Assembly: GCA_050084985.1 (NCBI GenBank)
Contig: JBITNC010000001.1
Span: 9,548,001 to 9,612,000, forward strand
DNA from: Nageia nagi
Taxonomy: Eukaryota > Plantae > Pinophyta
DNA length: 64,000 bases
Reading direction: 5' to 3'
Positions 26,101 through 37,625 of the stretch are shown one piece after another. Position 1 is the first letter of the stretch. The number at the start of each line of letters is the position of its first letter. The notes under the pieces were generated by a model, which did not search any database, had not been told where the DNA came from, and saw only the letters and a program-made list of their open reading frames with translations. Position numbers and translations under genes: made by a program.

Positions 26101-28060
26101 AATACTTGGAAATCAAGGAGCAAGATTTTGGGGGCATCTAATCCATACTTATCTCTATACGATTTTGTTTCCTTTAGTCAACAATTTGCAAAAGCATGAC
26201 TCACATGCAGAGTGTGCCAAAATATTGGTTTCCTTTGTCAAATTTACCTTCAAAAAAATTAATTTTTTGATCTCCTCCAATTTTACAATTTTCTTCAAAA
26301 AATATAAATGGCCTCCAAGGTATTAATTTAATGAGATTGGATCAAAAAATTAATAAATACCTTCAATTTTTAACTTATATGCCTAAAAACTTCAAGCATA
26401 TGTCAAAATAGTTTATTTTAGTTTTAGAAGATTTTGAACTTGAGACCTCTTGCTTATAAATTTAGTGCTTTGCCAATGAAAAGGTTTTGTGTTGTCTGCC
26501 TCCAAAGATTTTAATCCCCTTCAAAAATTTAAATATTGCCTTGGCAAATAAAATGTATTTGCTCTTTGAAATATTAATATTTGCTGATGAAATATTATTA
26601 AATTTTCTCTAAATATTTATTATGCTTCTCCAATGGATAGTATTCGCTGGAAAAAGAATATAATTCTCCTCCAAATGTTTTAATCTCTTGGAATCCAAAT
26701 TTGATCTCCTCCTTTAATTTGTGTGGACAATCTTAACATTAAAATTACAAATGAAATAATTTATTTGTAATATCCTTGTTAACGATAGAATTGGAACAGC
26801 AAACTATTAATTTGTTATGTTTCAAAATATTACTTCTCCCATTTTAACTTGACGCTCAGTGTGTGTTGGGCATCATTTTTCAAATATTTTGTTTGTTTTT
26901 AAATATTTCTCAGTGGTTTAATTGAAACTTCATTGGTTGATGCTTCTGAGAGGCAAAGTTCAAACTCTTCAACGTAGTTTAATAAACTGCAGATTAGCTC
27001 TTCATAGGCTGCGAAGAGACTGACGAGCTTTGTTGTGTGAGGCTGCATGAGGTTGGTCAAGCAGTGAATGAAAGGAGGGCAAGAAAAAATGGTTTGCTTC
27101 CCTTGGGCGGGTACAGTTACACACTACTTTCTGAGTCTCCACATTGTTTATCGTATGTTTCAATTAGATTAATTCAAATTTCCCAACGTTCTCAAGGCGA
27201 TTAAATTAGCGTTTGCTTGGGGAGAGACTACAGGGACGTGGGCAGTTTGCATGAGGTTCTTGTATTTTAATTGACAACAAACATACATACACAACTTTCT
27301 ATGCTTTTCCCCTAATACCCATAATAAAAAGATAATTTATGGGCGTGCAAATTTTTCACAAGGGAGGACAATGCACGGTTGCTGGGAGTGACTGAGGAGA
27401 GGAGGAGGGAGGTTCCGCGGGAGTGGGGCCTCTGTTGGGAGACTCAACACTAGGCATTGGGAGGAGGTTGAGAGGGATAGCGTTTAGTGTATATGCTATC
27501 TGGGCAATGTGGAGGGAATGAATTATTCCATTCTTTGCTGCACTATATTCTTCAATATGGCTTCGCACCAAAATTGGCTGAGTAGCAATCTTCAAGGAAT
27601 GCAATGATAGGTAAGCTTTTTGGTGTCTCCAAATATAAATCCACAGTTTTCTCTACTATGAAGACAGCACCAAATATGGGAGGGAGGGAAAGATCAAACT
27701 GATCTTCTCCTCTCAACTCTCTTCAATAGTTTTGTTTTAAGGATCTTCACTTCTTTAGTACAATCACCCCTATGGTAAGTACCCACTTACCATAGCTTCA
27801 CTCAATAGGTCTAGGAGAGAAGGAAGAGAACACATTTTGCTTTGATACCATATTAGAGAGAAGCTAGAATAAATATTCCATTAAAGTGAAGAGGAGTTTA
27901 AATACAAGTATTCTTAGGAGTTACATTCCCATTTAATAACAGAATCCATAAGAGAAACACTAAATATTAGAGTGAGATAAAATAATAGTAAATAATATTT
28001 TATGTATTATTTACCTTATATTATTTAGATACCTAATGTGCTAATGTATTATTTCTAATA
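23200..28060 (-). mobile_element. 3'-truncated Ty1/copia with short LTR (27851-28060), iMet PBS, ~1.7 kb 5' leader, gag-PR-INT and partial RT
   Basis: LTR termini tattaga...tctaata (decayed TG..CA); PBS gctttgatacca 27839-27850; knuckle C..GKKGH...DCW (~25430-25475); PR STWYVD (~25210); RT MDVKSTFLNG and LYGLKQ (ORF 23166-23402); RNaseH and 3' LTR missing. Confidence 0.85.
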
Positions 28061-30166
28061 GCGGTACCCTTCACAACAGAGGCGTGCACATAGGTAGGAT
28101 ATGAGAAACCCCCATGGGATCCAAATATATTTCTTGCACCATGGACAGAGCCATAGTTATACCTGAGGATAACATAATATGCATTGTTGCAGATAGGGAT
28201 ACCCTAGCATACCTCCTACAACAAACGAATGTCAAGCTTGACAACACTCAAGGAGAGTAATATAGGATGCTTTGTACACTAGATACAATGACATAAGAGA
28301 GAGACTCTTTTATGACTCTCTTAGGTAACTCCCCAAGGGAGGCATAAGGCTAGGTGCAAAGGGATCTACAATGTAGGTAGAATAGGTAACAACACAAATT
28401 GGTCAAAGAGGAAAAACTTGGGGTAAGCCTAATGAGGGATCTTGATAGCTATGAGATAGATTTGATCATATTTAGGTTCTACTGATGATAATTACTAGAG
28501 CATGGATTGCCTATTTTAGAGTTGGAAGGACTAGGGTGAAGCTCATGACTACAGGCCATCTTGGTGAGTAGCTCCTAGTCGATGGCACCATCATGGAGGA
28601 GCATGGCTACATCGAGCAGGTGATAGGGAGCATCCTTGGTACTAGGATAGTTGAGCATAAAGTGGCAATCAATTTTAGTATGCCACCATAGAGGAGGATC
28701 AATGATATGAGTCCATTAGGGACCTTGATAGAGGAAGGAGATGTTACCACTACCCTTCTAGGATAAAGACATACCAATGCCCAATAGTGACATGTTACCA
28801 TATTTTATAGATGCTATGATGTATATGATTTTTGGCACCATAGATCATGGGATGTACTTATATATGATTATATATTCGATGCATGTGATGAATATATTGT
28901 TAATAAGTATAAAATTTGATGTATATTTTTGATGATATCTTATATACATTATATTTTATGATATTATAGTAGCTAAATAATGCGATTAATGCAAATAAGG
29001 TTGATTAATGCAATATTGTTCTACTTTATAAATATTGATGCATATATCAAAAATATGGCAATAACAAGAATGCAATAGTTTTTACTTATATTCTATATTC
29101 ATTTTATCAATCATAAAATGCAAGAAAGACAAAGCATACATTCATGGAAAAGTACATCATTGGCATCCTATAATTGGCATGCAATGACATCGTAAGATAA
29201 GTGAAATTACAAGCACAAACAAGAATGTAGTGATGAGTGAATTAGTGAATAATCAAATTATGAACATACATGCGAACTTACAGAATAATAGATGTGTAAA
29301 TGTAAATAGACAAAGCAAGTTGCAATCCTTCGAATGATCTTCAATTGATAATCTTTGTATTAGTTTGAAAATGATTTTGTGCCCATAATTCATTCATGCC
29401 CTATATGTCATCAAATGATGTTTATATATATGATACAAGTTTATATGACTTTGATATTTTGACCCCTTGTACATTCCACAAGGGTCAAATACATGGCCTA
29501 CACCTCTTATATATATTTTTAATCTCTTTTTAAATAATACATTGTTAATAGATTAAAATGATTTATTAAATATATAAAGGTTTATTTTGAGGCATCTACA
29601 TTTGCCCCTCTTTAGATGTGTGATTGAAGCAATGAAATTACATGTCCAAAGAAGTGTAGCCAAGGCATAGAAGAAATTTTTTTGATTTTTTTGTTGATGT
29701 TTTATTTTGTTCAATGATGTTGAGGGTCTTTATGTTACCCCCTCTTTTGACTTGGGTACCCCAGGAAAGATGCTTGAGTGGAGTAGCTAAGGCAAAAGCT
29801 ACTAAAGAAGTTATCTTCAGCAATATTATTTGGATGATGATTGAATAACTATGAAAATCTATATCCGAGGTTGGAGATGGAAGATATAATTTGCCTCCCT
29901 GATACTATTTCAATCATGAATCTGGTTATTCAATTATGTCTAATACTCAAGAAACTAATGCACTCACATTCATGCCTTGAAACAAAGAGGTGATGGTTTG
30001 AATGAGTGGAAATAATAAACTTATATACATCATTGGTAGCCCAACAAACTGTGAGCATGGTGTTGGCACCCTAGTTTTGATTATAATGTCTTTTATTTTT
30101 GTTATATCTATGTACCTGTAATGAAATGTTAGTAAACAAATAATGATGGATGCACAATAAGTTGTT

Positions 30167-30660
30167 TCATCCATTGGAGATGATCCAATGTCAATATCTT
30201 GCTCACAATTGCATTGTTAATTTATCTTTTAAGTGAGTGAACTCTCACTAGCCATATCGATGGCCATCCAAAGATAGTATGATTTAGATAGGTTCAAAGC
30301 AAAAATATAATATAGATACATATCAAAATGTATCATCCATTGGAGATGATCCAATATCAACAAATTGCTCATAATTGCATCATCAATTTATCTTTTTAGT
30401 GAGTGAACTCTCACTAGCCATATCGTTGGCCATCGATGATCATGCATTTTTATGTCCATGATATGAAGATATTTATGCTTTATATGGGTTCAAAGCAAAA
30501 ACCATATGGATACATATCAAAATGTATCATCCATTAGAGATAATCCAATGTCAACAAATTGCTCATAGCTGCATCACTAATTTATCTTTTAAGTAAGTGA
30601 ACTCTCACCAGCCATATCATTGGCCATCAATGATTATATGTTTATATGTCCATGATCTGA
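30167..30660. repeat. Three tandem ~170-195 bp units in the Tat element 3' UTR
   Basis: tcatccattggagatgatccaatgtcaa...aagtgagtgaactctcactagccatatcgatggccatc at ~30167, ~30333 and ~30527. Confidence 0.9.
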
Positions 30661-33600
30661 AGACATTATACTATCAATATTTTTATTTGCACATCATTGG
30701 CATCATTATGATAGTCAACCACATCATCAATGTCATGTTGTTCATAGATCTATACATAAAACAAAAGGAAATTATGCCCCTATGTTTGATATGAATTATT
30801 TTACAGGGTCATAGAGTTATGATTTTCAACCATAAAAATGCTTGAGATGGATAGCATTGAAGGTTTTGGATTCTTCATTACCATCCAAAGTTTATAACCT
30901 ATATGCTCTTGATCCTATTGCATTAACAACAACATATGGGCCCAACTAATTAGGTTCAAATTTTCCTTTAGCCTCTTCATGTGCTGCTATTTTGTTGATA
31001 TTCTCTTTCAAGACTAGGTCCTCTATTTTGAACTCCTTAACTTTTATTTTCTTGCCAAATGCTCTCTTAAGCTTGGCATGGTAGACCTTTTGATGTTCAA
31101 TAGCTCTAATTTGTTTTTCATCTAACATTTCTAGCTGCTACAATCTTGCTTTTCTTGCATCTTCATCCAAAATATCACCTTATAAAGAGATCCTAAGCAA
31201 AGGAATCTCTAACTCAAGTGGGACAATGGCCTCATCTCCATATACCAATGAAAAGGGGGTTACCCCAGTGGCTTTTCAAACACTAGTTATATAGGTCCAT
31301 AATGCATATGGCAATTGCTCATGCCAATCTCTTTTGTACTTATCCCATGTTTTGGCAAGAATACTCTTAAGTGTCTTATTTGTTGCTTCAGCTTAACCAT
31401 TACCTTAAGGGTAGTAAACTAAAGAAAAGGTTTGTGTGATGTGGAACTTTTTACAAAATGCTTGCATATCTTTACCCTTGAGATTTGGACCATTATCTAT
31501 GATCAACCTTTATGGCACACCAAATCTAGTGATGATATATTATGTAAGGAATGCAATAATCTTTTCTTGTGTCACTATCTTCATGGGGATGGCTTCCATC
31601 CACTTGGTAGTATATTCTATAGTTATGATGACAAATTTGTGTCCTTCTCTAGAATTAGGATTAATCATGCCAATCAAATCTATACCCCAAGTAGCAAATA
31701 GCCATGGAGAAATAATGGAATTGAGTTCTTGAGTGGGCTATTTTTCTAAGTTTGCATGCTTTTGGCATGGCACACATACTTCACATGATTTTGACAATCT
31801 TCTTCCATAGTGGGCCAATAGTACCCTATTCTCAAGATCTTTGTATAAAGAGTTTTGGCATGAAAATGGCCACCACATAATCCATCATGTGCTTGCTCTA
31901 AAGTAGTATCTATTTCATCCTATGTTAAATATCTCAATAAAACACCATCAAAGGATCTTCTGTATAAAATATCACCAATGATAACATATTTCATAGCAAT
32001 CCTTCTCAATCTTAGTCTATAATTCTTAATATAATTAGAAGGAATACTTTGATATTTTAAGTAGCCATAGATATCAAAATACTAGTATTGAAAAGCATCA
32101 TCATTGGCAATAAGATAGGAAAAAATAGAAGAAATATGAGTTGTGTAAGATGGAGAACTTAACTTATGGATAGTGAGAATGGACTCCTCATATTTAGGCT
32201 CAATTGGTACCAAAGAGGTTGCACTTGCTATAGCATTTGCATATCTATTATTAGTCCTAGGAATGGTCTCAATAATATACTTGTTAACCTTTCTAGAAAC
32301 TCAATCACAACCACCTTATAAAGCTTTAGCTTATCATCTTTCATATCATAAGTACCCTTCACTTGGTTGAAAACAAGTTGTGAGTCCCCATAAATTTTTA
32401 TGTCTACAATTTTTAGTTCTAAAGCCACCTTCAATCCCAGTATCAAAGCTTTATACTCAACCATATTATTAGTGCATTTGAAATCCAATTTATAGGCAAT
32501 ATGAATTACTTGATTAGTAGGGGAGACCAAAACAATTATTGCCCCTGCATCTGGCACCATCAAAACACAAGGACTGAACTACATGCTTATCTTTGAGAAG
32601 ACAAATATATTCATCAGAGATAGAGATCTCTTCAAAATCACAACATTGGTGCCCTGTTAATAGGTTAGTAGGTTGTTGGTGTCATGACTCTTGCTCAAAA
32701 ATATCATGATATTATTTATGGACCACCCCCTCACCTTCTTAAGGGAAATATGCTATCAGATCTATAATAGCCTATCCTTTAATAGATTTTTGCTTTACCA
32801 CATTAATATCGAATTCTTGCAATAACATTATCCACTTTGCAAATCTACTAGATAAATGTTGTTTAGCTACCAAACATTTTAAAGGATCAAATGGACTAAC
32901 AAGATATGTAGTCCAATATAACAAGTAATGCCTTAATTTTTTAGTGGTAAATATCATAGCAAAGCAAATCTTCTCCATAGGAGTAAACCTTGTCTCATAA
33001 TCAACCAATCTCTTGCTTAGATAATAGATAGCCCTTTCTTTGTTATTTTTAGTTTTTCGACATAGTGGTTCCTATGGCATATAAGGAGGCTAAAATATAC
33101 AAGTAAGCAGGTTGGGAAAAATCCATGGGAACAAGGATAGGAAGTTAAGTAAATATTACTTGTTATCTTCAAATGCTTTTTGGCAATTCACATCCCATGC
33201 AAACTTGACATCCTTCTTAAGTAAGTGAGTGAATGGTCTACACTTGTCTCCTAGTTGTGAAATGAATCTCCTCATGGAATTTATCTTTCCTTGAAGACTT
33301 CTAAGTTGTTTCAAGTTTCTAGGGGAAGCATGTTAATAATGGCTTTTACCTTCTTAGAGTCTACTTCAATTCCTCTATTTGAAACTATGAACCCTAACAA
33401 TTTTCAAGAAGTAACCCCAAATGCATGCTTTGAAGGTTTAAGTCTTAGTTTGTACCTTTGCAAAATGTTGAATACCTCTTCAAGGGCTTGGAGATGGTCT
33501 TGACCTTACTTTGATTTGACAAGAATGTCATCAATACAAACCTCCACTATTTTGTGAATATTCTTATGGAACATATTGACCATGGCTCTTTGATATGTAG

Positions 33601-36600
33601 CACTAGCATTTTTTAGTCTAAAAGGCATAACCTTCCAACAAAAATTGCCTTAAGGGGTTGTGAAAGTGGTTTTATGTTGATTTGTAGGATTAATTAAGAT
33701 TTGATTGTAACTTGGAATACTATCCATAAATGACAACATATCATGACCAGCTATGCTATCAACAATCATATCAATATTAAGTAATGGAAAATCATATTTA
33801 TGATAAGCATTGTTGATATCACAAAAATCAATACATACCCGTATTTCACCAATTAGTTTAGTAATGGGAACAATGTTAGACATCCACTTAGAATAATCAA
33901 CGGGATCTATGAATCCTACTTACAAGTATTTTTCAATCTTTTATTTACTAATAAGGCCTTAGAATGATGCATTTTTCTAGGCTTTTGCTTAATTGGTTTG
34001 ACATTTGCTTTTAATGGCAAATTATGCATAAAAAATGAAGGATCTAACCTAGGCATATTATCATAAGACTAAGCAAAATTTTTAGAATGTGTGATGAATT
34101 TAGATTTGTAACTTTCTTACTTGGAGGAGGTTAGGGCTACTTCAATTTGAAGTAATATCTCTTTATCTATAGCACCGATGTTAATGTTTAGCAACTCTTC
34201 TTGTGGGAAGGTGAGATCCTTTTTTGTTGGTAATAATGATGGCAAATCCTCCATAGTAAGATTAGCAATCTTAGCTTCTCTTAAGGGATGAACCTATAAC
34301 ACATCATGAAAATTGACCTCTTATCCAAAATAAACATATTCATGAAGCATATAACAAGCATGGCATTTTTCATTAGATTTGGAAAATTTTGAATGTGCCC
34401 CCAAGTATTCAAGAAAATCATCATTAGTATTGAAATGATCAAAGGCAAGAGGCAAGCTATGATCAATACACATATCCTCATCAATCTCATCAAATAATTC
34501 TATCACATTAGATGTTTTAATAAATTGTATGGGATCCCATTTTTGTTTGACTTGTCCATCACTACCTAGACCTATCTTAGTAAGCTATGTTTTTGGAAAA
34601 ATAGGAAAATCAGACATACCTTGCTCAATTTTACCTAAACCTCATCCCTTGTACTTGCAATTGTTAATCATATATTTTTGAACAACAATGGAAGGAAAAG
34701 TTTTACCTAATTTAGAATACACAGTATATCACCTTTAGAAGATTGGTTCATCATTTTGGACAAAATAAACCTAGAAGGGTCATTGAAATTATTATTTGCA
34801 TGGTACTAGCACCCTAAATGTGAAACAACATGATGTTGAAATCCTAAAATTACCAATATTTGAATCCTTCCCAAGTCTTTAATAGACACAAAAAATTTTG
34901 TATTGTCTATTTTGTAAGTTCCCATAACTATTTCTATGATTTGTACCTATTTATCTATATCTTGCCCTAGTGTGGGATCATCCAAGGGTTATATTCCAAA
35001 AAGTGGTGGAACCAAGGACATCTCTTCAAAGTCAGTAGCATTGCACATTGCATAGGGCTCAGGATTAGCTAATATTATATGGACTTCTCCTTGGAATTCA
35101 AACTTCAACCTACCATGTAATGTAGAAGGGACAACTTCCATATCATGAATCCAAGGTCTTCCTAAAAGCATGTTATAAGACAACTTGGAATCAACTACCT
35201 GAAACTTGGTTGGAATAGTTCTAACTCTTGTGGTAATCATGATGATAGCTATGCCTAGTGGTTTTTTAGAAGAACTATCATATGCTCTAATTTTGAAAGT
35301 AGCCTCTTCTAATGAAGGGATGATTACACCTTTTTCATGTAATTGAGTCAAAAAATGGTTAGAACATACATTCATAGCTGAGCCATTATCTACCATGGTT
35401 CTTTTGACTTCCCATTCATCTACCTATGGGTGATATATAAAATTGCACACTCATCTAGTAGTTCTTGGTTGAGTGTTTTAAACTTATGAAAGGAGATAGT
35501 ATCACTTTCCCTAAGATTTTGGAGCTTATCAAAAAATGTAACCATTGAAATGTTAGTAGGAACATTTTCATTCTTAAATAAAGTATATAAAACATCCCTA
35601 TGATCTTGAGAAGTAGAAATTAGATCATACAAACTAATCTTGGTGGTTGTATTTTTCAATTGATCAATCATACTATAAAATTTAGGATCAATGGGATACT
35701 TACTTATTCAATGGTAACTAGATTTTGAACATTACATTGATGCCCTCTTTCAAGTTAGCACACACCTCTTTGACCACTATGACCACATTGATAGCATCTC
35801 CTTGTTTAATAAAACTTTCATCAATCTTGTACCTTCCTTATTATATGATGGCTATAATAGCTGCTTCCAATGTTTTGCAAAAGTTTGTAGTGTGCTCTTT
35901 TCATTAATGATAAGCACAATATGCCTCAAAGTGTCCCAAAGGGGTATCATTATCAACTTTTTCAAGTGGGTATAGGAGGCCTTTCTTCATTAAGTCCCTC
36001 AAAAGAATCCTTGGTGGGATTGGAAATGTGTAGTTGGTTTCTTTTGAGGACTTAGATCTTTGTGCCTTTGGAGTAGTCTTGGATCTATCTACCATATTAA
36101 TCGATTTCTCCTCTTTCTTGGCATATAATTTTCTATTATCTTTGAAAAATTGTTAGGTGCATATTTAAGCTCTCCTATGGATAATAAAACTTCCTCTTTT
36201 TATACTAATTGTTGAACTAGAGTACTAAATCCAACACGCTTAGCACTAGAAGCATGCAATTGAAGTAGAGGAATAATAAATTCATAAAATGTGCCATAAA
36301 TTTTAGATTCATCTAATTTATCTCGAGTAGTTTGCCATAACTTTTTGAAGTGTAAAACATACTTCTCTATGGTTTCATTGCTTTCTTGATGAAGTGCACA
36401 TAATTTCATTATATTGCCTTGTTCTTTAATATTATGTTTGTATTGACCCATAAATATTCAAACTAAAGTTTTGAAGGAATCAATAGACTTACCTAGTAGA
36501 GAGTAGAACAATTGAGTAGCATCACCTTTTAGACTCCTTAGGAAGAATTTAGCCATTAACCTCTCATCCAAACCTAGTTTCAATAAGCACTCCTCTTGAA

Positions 36601-36974
36601 AGCTAATGAAATGTTGCTTGGGATCTTGTTCATTGTTGAACATCTTGAATTTGGGGGTCTTATGGTCGGATGGTAGGGGAAAATTACAAATGTCATCTAT
36701 CAAGGGTGAAATGAAAATGCCCTCATAGTCATTCGAATTGGATGGTGTGGTATGATATGAATCTCTTAGATTAGTTGAGCTGGAAAATGGATTGTTGTTC
36801 ACAACAATCTCCCTTTGCAAATCCAGAATATTCATGTTCAAAGCTTGAATCATGACTATAAGTTTATCCATATTAATATTGCTAAATCCTAAAGATAGGA
36901 ATATATGGTGCTGGAGTCCTGATCCTAATAAGAAGGGTTAGCACAATCTTGCCTATAGGGTAAGATAAATCGAG

Positions 36975-36989
36975 ACATCAGGTTCACCA
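36975..36989 (-). promoter_or_regulatory. PBS complementary to the tRNA-Trp 3' end
   Basis: acatcaggttcacca versus plant tRNA-Trp 3' end ACGTCGGGTTCACCA (recalled); both mismatches are CpG-decay type. Confidence 0.7.
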
Positions 36990-37625
36990 AATGTAGTAGC
37001 TAAATAATGCGATTAATGCAAATGGGGCTGATTAATGCAATATTGCTCTACATTATAAATATTTATGTATATATTAGAAATATGGTAATAATAGGAATGC
37101 AATAGTTTTACTTATATTTTATATTCATTCCATCAATCATAAAATGCATGAAAGATAAAGTATACATTCATGGACAAGTACATTTTGGCATCCTATAATT
37201 GGCACACCGCTAGCACCATAAGATAAGTGAAATTACAAGCATAAACAAGAATGTAGCGATGAGTGAATTAGCAAATAATCAAATTATGAACATACATGCA
37301 AACTTACAGAATAATAGATGTGCAAATGTAAATAGACAAAGCAAGTTGCAATCCTTTGAATGATATTCAATTAATAATCTTTATATTAGTTTAAAAATGA
37401 TTATGTGCTCATGATTTGCTCATGCTCTATAGGTCATCAAATGATGCCTATATATATGATGCAATTTTATATGATTTTGATATTTTGATCCCTTGTACAT
37501 TCGCAAGGGTCAAATACATGGCCTACACCTCTTATATATATTTTTAATCCCTTTTTGAATAATATGTTGTTAAAATATTAAAATGATTTATTAAATATAT
37601 AAAGGTTCATTTTGAGGCATCTACA

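Larger units (their letters stand above)
28965..37625 (-). mobile_element. Full-length degenerate Ty3/gypsy Tat-lineage element (gag-PR-Gpatch-RT-RH-aRH-INT), ~8.66 kb
   Basis: LTRs 28965-29600 and 36992-37625; TSD gatat/gatag; PPT aaagaggggcaaa 29601-29613; gag ORFs 36200-36871; PR VDNGSAMN..LLGRPWIH (34989-35396); GLGKIEQG (~34620-34645); RT 33650-33883; RH 32772-33008; archaeal-type RNase H TNNMVEY..GDSQLV (32228-32563); INT C-terminus GKFEPN. Confidence 0.93.

Noticed and set aside
26997-27050. Hammerhead ribozyme (CTGACGA next to small stems)
   Set aside because: No GAAA after a stem II and no consistent three-stem topology.
27356-27604. 82-aa proline/serine-rich ORF as a gene
   Set aside because: No recognisable domain; an open frame of this length is plausible by chance in locally GC-rich DNA.
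27452-27700. miR482/2118-like target (ATGGGAGG...GAAAGA)
   Set aside because: Too many mismatches or indels, and no NB-ARC P-loop coding context.
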